NCBI GenBank assembly: GCA_045110495.1
Contig: JBGCGE010000010.1
Coordinates: 2,392-66,391, forward strand
Source: Gammaproteobacteria bacterium
Lineage (GTDB): Bacteria > Pseudomonadota > Gammaproteobacteria > CAJXQU01
Length of the DNA stretch: 64,000 bases
Direction of reading: 5' to 3'
In this document: piece after piece, positions 40,915-47,674 of the stretch
Layout: each line of letters opens with the position of its first letter
How positions within the stretch are numbered: the stretch's first letter is position 1
Translations under genes and position numbers: made by a program
Notes under the pieces: model-generated
The model's database searches: none
Told to the model about the DNA's origin: nothing
Seen by the model: only the letters and a program-made list of their open reading frames with translations

Positions 40915-42696
40915 TTAACCTAGTGTGATGATGGTTTGACCTGCGGTCACGACATCACCTTCTTTAACATGAATTTGAGCAACTAAACCATTACTGGAAG
41001 AACGTATTTCAGTCTCCATCTTCATGGCTTCCATAATGATGATGACATCACCTTCTTGTACTTGCTGGTTAGACTCAACGCAGACTTTAAAGATGTTGCC
41101 ACTCAAAGGTGCAGTGATCGGTACGCTTTCTCCGGTGCTAACAGTAGCCACAGCGAGTGCTTCGGAAGCTACATCAGGATTCATCACAGGTGCTCCTGCA
41201 ACACCGACCTGGATGTCTGCACCACCATCAGTGACAACAGCATTGAATTGCCTGCCATCAACTTCAACGGTGTATGTCTCTGGGCCATCTGAGATAGTGT
41301 CATTTTTCGCCACAGGTACCGGTTCAAATGCCGATGGATCGTTGCGATGTTTCAAGAACTTTAGACCAATCTGTTGAAATAATGCATAGATCAACGCATC
41401 ATCTTCAGCATTTTCGGCAAGGTCAAAATCTTCATCTTTGGATAGTTGTCGGATTTCAGCAATCATTTTGTCTATTTCAGGATCAATAGTGTCTGCTGGA
41501 CGATGTGTAATTACTTCGCCACCATCTTCTATAACGCGAGCCTGCAAGTCTTTGTCGACCGGAGCTGGTGTTGCGCCATACTCACCTAAAAGTACACCAC
41601 GAGTCTCTTTTGTGATGTTTTTATAGCGTTCACCTAAGACAACATTTAGTACTGCCTGGGTGCCGACAATTTGTGAGGTAGGTGTAACCAATGGCAAATA
41701 GCCCAAGTCTGCACGTACACGAGGCACTTCTAAAAGAACCTCAGCAAATTTATCACCAAAACCTTGTTCCTTGAGCTGGTTTTCCATATTGGTGAGCATA
41801 CCGCCAGGTACTTGAGCATTAAGAATTCGAGCATCAACACCTTTAAGTTCGCCTTCAAACTTCCAATATTTTTTGCGCACTTCGCGGAAATGATCGGCAA
41901 TCGGCTCAAACGCCATCAAGTCTAAGCCCGTATCACGTTTGCTGCCTTGCATAATCGAGACAATGGTTTCTGTAGGCGTGTGACCGTAGGTCAAACTCAT
42001 TGTTGAAATAGACGTATCAATAATATCAATGCCCGCATCAATCACTTTCATAGTGGTTGCTGTACTGAGGCCCGTTGTTGCATGTGCATGCAAGTTCAGT
42101 GGTATGTCACAAACTTTTTTGATCCCTTTAACCAATTTTTCAGCTACGTAGGGTTGTAATAATCCGGCCATGTCTTTGATGCAAATTGAATCACAACCAA
42201 GATCTTCAAGTTGTTTGGCCATATTGATCCAGCCATTTAAAGAGTGCACGTCGCTGATGGTATATGACATCGTCCCTTGTGCATGCTTGCCGTTTTCTTT
42301 GACAGCTTTGATCGCGGTTTCAAGGTTACGCACATCATTCATGGCGTCAAAGATACGAAACACGTCCATACCATTGGTTGTGGCTCGCTCAACGAATTTA
42401 TACACAACATCGTCTGCATAATGTCGATAGCCAAGTAAATTCTGACCACGCAACAACATCATTTGTGGTGTTTTCTTAAAAACACTGCTTAGTTCACGTA
42501 GGCGAACCCAGGGGTCTTCACCGAGGAAACGAATACAGGAATCAAATGTTGCGCCACCCCATGTTTCTAAAGCCCAATAGCCGATATCATCAAGTTGTTC
42601 AGCAATAGGCAGCATATCGTCTAAACGTAGACGAGTTGCAAAAAGAGATTGGTGCGCATCGCGCAAGACGACATCGTTTAGGAATAGTTTGCTCAT
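40915..42696 (-). CDS. oadA: Oxaloacetate decarboxylase alpha subunit
   Basis: LRDAHQSL, WGGATFD, KDMAG, biotinylation motif EAMKM. Confidence 0.96.
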   Translation of the reverse strand: MSKLFLNDVVLRDAHQSLFATRLRLDDMLPIAEQLDDIGYWALETWGGATFDSCIRFLGEDPWVRLRELSSVFKKTPQMMLLRGQNLLGYRHYADDVVYKFVERATTNGMDVFRIFDAMNDVRNLETAIKAVKENGKHAQGTMSYTISDVHSLNGWINMAKQLEDLGCDSICIKDMAGLLQPYVAEKLVKGIKKVCDIPLNLHAHATTGLSTATTMKVIDAGIDIIDTSISTMSLTYGHTPTETIVSIMQGSKRDTGLDLMAFEPIADHFREVRKKYWKFEGELKGVDARILNAQVPGGMLTNMENQLKEQGFGDKFAEVLLEVPRVRADLGYLPLVTPTSQIVGTQAVLNVVLGERYKNITKETRGVLLGEYGATPAPVDKDLQARVIEDGGEVITHRPADTIDPEIDKMIAEIRQLSKDEDFDLAENAEDDALIYALFQQIGLKFLKHRNDPSAFEPVPVAKNDTISDGPETYTVEVDGRQFNAVVTDGGADIQVGVAGAPVMNPDVASEALAVATVSTGESVPITAPLSGNIFKVCVESNQQVQEGDVIIIMEAMKMETEIRSSSNGLVAQIHVKEGDVVTAGQTIITLG

Positions 42697-42774
42697 GATA
42701 ATTTAACGGTTTTATCTCGCTAGGTTTTTAACTACAACTAATGGGAGGCATGTCAGGAAATTTGCCATGATGTT

Positions 42775-43044
42775 TTAAAGGCCTTTAGCCTGTCGGTGTG
42801 CTTGCACCGCTGCAATAACAATGGACTTTTCTTGCTCAGAAATACTGGATTGACTAGCTGAGGCTTTTCTTGATGGTGCTGTAATACCGATATCTGGAAC
42901 AGCATGAACTGGATTCTTTTCAAATTTTAAACAAGCAGCCGACAAAAGACTGATACAAGTAATAAGCAATGACAACAGTAAAAATACTGTCCCCATACCC
43001 AAACCAAATAAAGTCGCAGCTTGTGTTAACTGATCTATTAGCAT
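42775..43044 (-). CDS. oadG: Oxaloacetate decarboxylase gamma subunit
   Basis: GMGTVF.LL TM helix, Pro/Ala linker, IAAVQAH; upstream of oadA. Confidence 0.88.
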   Translation of the reverse strand: MLIDQLTQAATLFGLGMGTVFLLLSLLITCISLLSAACLKFEKNPVHAVPDIGITAPSRKASASQSSISEQEKSIVIAAVQAHRQAKGL

Positions 43045-43308
43045 GTGGTTCTCGGTGATATTTGAAAAAAAATCGTATATCAGTAAATTATTATTATTTT
43101 AAAGACCAATGAAAATATGTTTATAGAAAACAGTCATTCTGACTCATTTTCATAATAGATAATACTTTTTTATGCTTCTTATTCTGTAACTTAACTTAAA
43201 TAATGAAAATAAGAGCATAACACGGATGATCTGCATCATGCACAACGACACTTGCAAGATCATTTGCTCTACTAGCAATTGAAGAGCTTTTATCTATTTA
43301 ATCTCTCT

Positions 43309-43569
43309 TCATTTGCATTCAACAATAAGCGACCTGTCCGCGGCAATAAGGAAGCCATGAGATTCATTTTTTTGATCAATAATGCTATAGCCTCGAACGC
43401 CACACATCTCACCAGCTTTTTGATAGCAATGAGCAATCGTAACAGCTGTACAATTAATGGCATAACCTGATTTTCCATTGGGAGAAGTTATAGGTGTTGT
43501 GATGGCACAGCCCGTCATAGTTACGGTCGTTAACAGACAAAAAAATACCAGTATTTTAGTTTTGATCAT
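43309..43569 (-). CDS. Small Cys-rich lipoprotein
   Basis: Lipobox MTGC; P.GK.GYAINC...CYQKAGEMC. Confidence 0.75.
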   Translation of the reverse strand: MIKTKILVFFCLLTTVTMTGCAITTPITSPNGKSGYAINCTAVTIAHCYQKAGEMCGVRGYSIIDQKNESHGFLIAADRSLIVECK

Positions 43570-43724
43570 AAGCCTTAACCTGCTTTTAGAAAATGTGTAT
43601 TTATTGTTTAGAAAATTTTAAAAGAGAAAATTTATGATTATTGTCTTTCAGCCATTAGTTATTTATATTTAAAATTCATAAATATTTGTAACTGCTGAAC
43701 CTCTTTTTTTATTACCAACACTAG

Positions 43725-44366
43725 TCAACCAATGGTGTTCTTTTTTTGCTTACCAACACACCATTCACCGAAAATAATGTTAATTATCCAGGCTGCTGTC
43801 ATTAGAATATCCCGCGTTACTCCACTTGGTTCTCCAACAGTTAACAACCATGGAATTACGATCAATACTTGCGTTCCAGCTCCCTGACCTAAAGCATAAG
43901 CACGAATCATCCATGCTCGATGTTGTGCAATTCTCATATCTAAAACTGTGGCTAATCCAAGTAAGATGTAAGCCGTCATTAAGGAGCCAACAAAAATACG
44001 AATAAAATAAAGATGGTCGCCCTGTAGATGCTCAGGAAAGTGATAATAGTGAGTCATCCATAAACCTGAAATTGCCGATACAATACCTGCAATAACCAGT
44101 AAACGACCCATTACCCGATGCCATTGAGGAAAGTTTTTTCTTATACTCGAGAGAAATTGAAAAGCACCCAAAAAGCAAAAAATGATAGAGCTAATAATGT
44201 GAAATATTGCGGGTATTGGTAAAAATTTTATTCTGGGATTTTCAGGCAAAAATTCTAAACTAGTGTTGAGATCTATCAACCGAAACACTCCTCCAATACA
44301 AGGCACAAAGCTTAATAAAAGCAACCCAATTAAGAGATACCATTCTGACTTTTTCAGGAATAACAT
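43725..44366 (-). CDS. DUF2306 membrane protein
   Basis: H.....LGAFQF, HR.MGR, HRAWMIRAYA. Confidence 0.85.
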   Translation of the reverse strand: MLFLKKSEWYLLIGLLLLSFVPCIGGVFRLIDLNTSLEFLPENPRIKFLPIPAIFHIISSIIFCFLGAFQFLSSIRKNFPQWHRVMGRLLVIAGIVSAISGLWMTHYYHFPEHLQGDHLYFIRIFVGSLMTAYILLGLATVLDMRIAQHRAWMIRAYALGQGAGTQVLIVIPWLLTVGEPSGVTRDILMTAAWIINIIFGEWCVGKQKKNTIG

Positions 44367-44472
44367 GCCGAATTCGATCCAATTATTTTTGATCTGATCA
44401 TTATCTTTCTACACCTGTTAGTTGCTTCTTGAAGGATTAAAAAAATATCAACGTAGATACTTTTTTACTTTC

Positions 44473-44516
44473 TTGACACCAGTATATTGAGACGCATAGG
44501 ATGTTCAATAACATCC
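44473..44516 (+). promoter_or_regulatory. sigma70 promoter overlapped by a palindromic operator upstream of the tetR gene
   Basis: TTGACA-N18-TAGGAT; GGATGTT-CAAT-AACATCC at 44499-44516. Confidence 0.65.
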
Positions 44517-44540
44517 AACTAAAACAGGAATATTAAGTGA

Positions 44541-45095
44541 ATGAGATATCCGCCAAATCAAAAAAGTGACTCTCGAAAAAAAATAATTAAGGCCGCAAGA
44601 TCAGTTTTTGCCAATGTAGGCTTTGATAAAGGAACCATCGATCAAATCATGTCAGAAGCAGGTATGACACGTGGTGGATTCAATAAACACTTTAGTAATA
44701 AAACAGAGCTACTAATTGAAGTTGTTCGTGAAGGACAAGTGGATTTACCAGAAGATATTTCGTGCCATGTTGGGGATATTCTTCGTCGTTATCTTGATGA
44801 TACACATATCGAAGACAAGGCCAACGCATGTCCACTTTTCACATTTCCAAATGACGTTGCACACCATGGAGACGATGTAAAAACAGCATATGAAGATGTG
44901 GCGAAATCTATTGTCGATGTCCTGACTCTAGCTCAGCCAGAAAAGAATAAAGAACTCGCAATGGCTTTGATGGCAATGTGCGTGGGTTGTATGGTCGTTC
45001 TGAATAGCTGTGCTGACGCCAATTTCAAACAGTCATTACGTAAAGCGACGTTAATGCAAATTTCGGAACTGACAGGAATTAAACTTTCCATGTGA
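44541..45095 (+). CDS. TetR/AcrR family regulator
   Basis: II.AA...F...GF...TI..IM.EAGMTRGGF..HF..K. Confidence 0.93.
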   Translation: MRYPPNQKSDSRKKIIKAARSVFANVGFDKGTIDQIMSEAGMTRGGFNKHFSNKTELLIEVVREGQVDLPEDISCHVGDILRRYLDDTHIEDKANACPLFTFPNDVAHHGDDVKTAYEDVAKSIVDVLTLAQPEKNKELAMALMAMCVGCMVVLNSCADANFKQSLRKATLMQISELTGIKLSM

Positions 45096-45103
45096 GCTTA
45101 ATT

Positions 45104-45122
45104 AAAGGGGTCTGACCCCTTT
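45104..45122. repeat. AAAGGGGTC-T-GACCCCTTT palindrome
   Basis: Perfect 9-bp arms around a 1-nt centre. Confidence 0.8.
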
Positions 45123-45157
45123 TAAGTTCTAGTTTTCATATTGCTTTCCATTTTGAA

Positions 45158-45256
45158 ACATAACGCTTACATAAGCGGAAAATTATAGTTGGCTATAATG
45201 TTTGAGGAACGAAAAACAGCCAACTGTAATTTTTCCGTTTGATGTTCTTGTTATGT
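45158..45256 (-). mobile_element. Integron attC site (99 bp)
   Basis: Minus strand ACATAAC-aagaacatcaaacgg...ccgcttatgtaagc-GTTATGT with a long internal inverted repeat; begins right after the stop codon of the upstream gene. Confidence 0.9.
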
Positions 45257-46198
45257 TCAATTTCTATTAGGCTTAATGTACCCTGAAATTAGGTAACAAT
45301 AAACTTCAATTAAATCATCAGCTAAATCATAAGAATCATCTGCCATAAGAGGAGCATGAGGAAAGATACCAAAGCGAGATTCAGGATGAAATGACATAAT
45401 TCGACTTTCGTAATACTCACTAAAATATTTCTCGGAAGCTTCGGAACTAAACACTTTACCTATGAATTCAGCAGCATCTTTTGAACTTGGGTTCTTAATA
45501 CCAAGCTGATGTAGCCTTTTTAACACCAGTCGAAAAGACGCTTCAAGAGATATAAATGTAGTATTGATTGATTCTTCTAGAAAATTAGAGAGAGCACCAA
45601 GCATTATGCTTCTAAACAATGTTGAAACCGCACGAACCATTAAATGATCTTTGGTATCGAAAGCTTCGTACAGGTGTTTTTGTAATTTAAGGTCATACCC
45701 ACTTTCACTTAAACCGTATTCAATGTCACTTTGAACCGTTGGCAGTTCAATACCTCTCATATTCTTATATTGATTTTCAACGGTAAGTTTATTTCCTCTA
45801 AAGTTACGTGCCATTGATGGCTCTTCTAGTACTTTTATTAGAGCAGAAGCAACACATTCTAAATATTCAATATTAATAATAGAATTTCCAATATTTACTC
45901 TGTGAGAAATTGAAAATGGAAATAAACGACAATAACCAAAGTCTCGGTCAATACAGAGTAATATTGATGCAAAAAGTTTAACCTCATTCAGAGTAGCCCA
46001 CTCGACCTCTGAGTAATAGTTTTCTATTTCTAATTTCACATCATCTATAGGAGCAATTGAAAAGCAGATCTGGTTACTTATATAAAGAGCAGAATCTTCA
46101 TTGATAATACTATGACTTGGGTACATCCCCATTGGTGACATCATTCTCACAGTATGGCTAGCATTTAAATCACGATACTCTAAAAATGAAATACTCAC
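45257..46198 (-). CDS. Cassette-borne HEPN-like protein (RxxxxH); ORF is open to 46216
   Basis: FISLEAS helix followed by YESRIMSFH; GTG 46198 lies behind AAGGAG. Confidence 0.75.
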   Translation of the reverse strand: MSISFLEYRDLNASHTVRMMSPMGMYPSHSIINEDSALYISNQICFSIAPIDDVKLEIENYYSEVEWATLNEVKLFASILLCIDRDFGYCRLFPFSISHRVNIGNSIINIEYLECVASALIKVLEEPSMARNFRGNKLTVENQYKNMRGIELPTVQSDIEYGLSESGYDLKLQKHLYEAFDTKDHLMVRAVSTLFRSIMLGALSNFLEESINTTFISLEASFRLVLKRLHQLGIKNPSSKDAAEFIGKVFSSEASEKYFSEYYESRIMSFHPESRFGIFPHAPLMADDSYDLADDLIEVYCYLISGYIKPNRN

Positions 46199-46212
46199 GG
46201 ACACTCCTTTGA

Positions 46213-46272
46213 ACATAACGCCTTTAGCACCGGGCGCGCGTTAGCGCGTCCGAGTGCCTAAACTTGTTAGGC
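46213..46272 (-). mobile_element. Integron attC site (60 bp)
   Basis: Minus strand GCCTAAC-aagtttaggcactcggacgcgc..gcgcgcccggtgctaaaggc-GTTATGT; the upstream gene's TAA lies inside GCCTAAC. Confidence 0.9.
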
Positions 46273-47430
46273 TGCACTTGGTTCGGATTTAAGGCGAGTG
46301 AGTATCTCTTGATTTTTTTGATACGTATTTTTCATTGACTCAACCAGCTTGGCTTTACCTAGCCCCTCGTCACTCATGTATCTGCTGGATATACTGCCTA
46401 GAACACCGAGCCACCACGTATTTGTGAGGGCCGCAATTCCTCCACCCACCAAATAGGCGAAGTATGTTTTTCCACTACGGTCTCCAGCAGCCTTTGCTTT
46501 TTCATATAGAGTCAGACTCTCTTCGCGATATGACGTAAATGCGATGAAAGCGAGCGTAAAAACAGGAGGCGCTAAACTAAAGTCTATATCGGCCGCTGAA
46601 GCGCCAGCCTCAACCTGCTCAGCTAGTTCAATGTTGGATATTTCACCGTTTTCAATATTTTCGCTAACGCCGGACATTACAAGATGCGAATAGACTTCAT
46701 CCGTAGTAACAACATCAATAGAAGGATATTTTGCCAGCGCCTCTTGAACGTAAGCCACAGAGTCGGTTGCCTTTGCTTGTAGAAGCTGAACAATTTCTTC
46801 ATTCGGGCCTACAACCTGAATATCCCAACCAGGCTGTGTAGACAACATGGCAAGATCGGCAGTGTAGCCATCTGGCAGGTTCTCATTCAGATAATCAACG
46901 TATTTTTGCTCAAATAGCTTTCCTTTCACGCCGCTGTGGAAGCCGGCCGTGGCCTCTTCGCCATCCAGAGAAATTAGCTTCTCGAGGAATGACGAGTCTT
47001 CTGCCATCTTTGGATATGCCGCCGCATAGGCTGCTTCGATTTCTGGCGCAACCGAAGTTGCTACAAGAAGCGTAGCTAGCGACTCACCCCCTACGAAGAC
47101 TGAGTCAGCAAACTTCTTGTTCCTAAGCAACTCACGATACAGGGCCCCTTGAGCTTCTACCCGATGTTCTAAATCCGCCAGCTTCTCCTTTGAGTAAACT
47201 GACTGGATGTAAAGACCTTTAGCATGCTCTTGAACTGAATCACTACCTTCGCGAATATACTCTGTCGCAATGTTTTTAGCTCGCTCGGTATAACCAGATG
47301 CCTGTTCAGTCCAATCGTCTTTATTTTCATCGATGTGATCTTTTACCTCTTTGGCAATATCAGCTGACTTTTCACCCAAACCAGCCGATATCGCTTTGGC
47401 TTTTTCCCATGCGGACCTAAATTTACTCAT
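46267..47430 (-). CDS. Cassette-borne protein with a PD-(D/E)xK-like core and C-terminal hydrophobic helices
   Basis: KGKLFE...PGWD...LQAK; hydrophobic segments PPVFTLAFIAF and FAYLVGGGIAALTNTWWLGVLG. Confidence 0.75.
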   Translation of the reverse strand: MSKFRSAWEKAKAISAGLGEKSADIAKEVKDHIDENKDDWTEQASGYTERAKNIATEYIREGSDSVQEHAKGLYIQSVYSKEKLADLEHRVEAQGALYRELLRNKKFADSVFVGGESLATLLVATSVAPEIEAAYAAAYPKMAEDSSFLEKLISLDGEEATAGFHSGVKGKLFEQKYVDYLNENLPDGYTADLAMLSTQPGWDIQVVGPNEEIVQLLQAKATDSVAYVQEALAKYPSIDVVTTDEVYSHLVMSGVSENIENGEISNIELAEQVEAGASAADIDFSLAPPVFTLAFIAFTSYREESLTLYEKAKAAGDRSGKTYFAYLVGGGIAALTNTWWLGVLGSISSRYMSDEGLGKAKLVESMKNTYQKNQEILTRLKSEPSAA

Positions 47431-47444
47431 AACATCTCCGTGTG

Positions 47445-47506
47445 GCCTAACAGTCTGTTATACGGGAATGCTTCCCGCATAACATTATTATGAGGAACGT
47501 TTCCCT
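47445..47506 (-). mobile_element. attI-like site with no adjacent intI
   Basis: Minus strand GTATAAC-AGACT-GTTAGGC simple site, preceded by a degenerate direct repeat ending in GTTATGC. Confidence 0.65.
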
Positions 47507-47674
47507 GAAGTTAGAATTTGTGAAAGTCACGATCCTGTAACCATCTGATTTATATTACCTTTTAAATTTTCCATTATTCTTTTTCCTAAAACAAGGGAAC
47601 GATTCGTGGATAATGTAGCTTACTTTATCTGGTGCGTCAGTAGATTTTTCAACCAAACGTGACTTTGTTATATA

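Noticed and set aside
43045-43308. Repeated AATGAAAATA upstream of oadG as a Fur box; attC after the lipoprotein gene
   Set aside because: Low-complexity AT-rich matches only; no RYYYAAC..GTTRRRY hairpin.
47472-47498. dif-like sequence TTCCCGCATAA-CATTA-TTATGAGGAAC
   Set aside because: The spacer is 5 bp rather than 6 and the XerD arm (TTATGTTAAAT) is not matched; it is better explained as part of the attI-like site.
47484-47674. Possible intI remnant between attI and mutS
   Set aside because: Only tiny ORFs and no tyrosine-recombinase motifs are visible.
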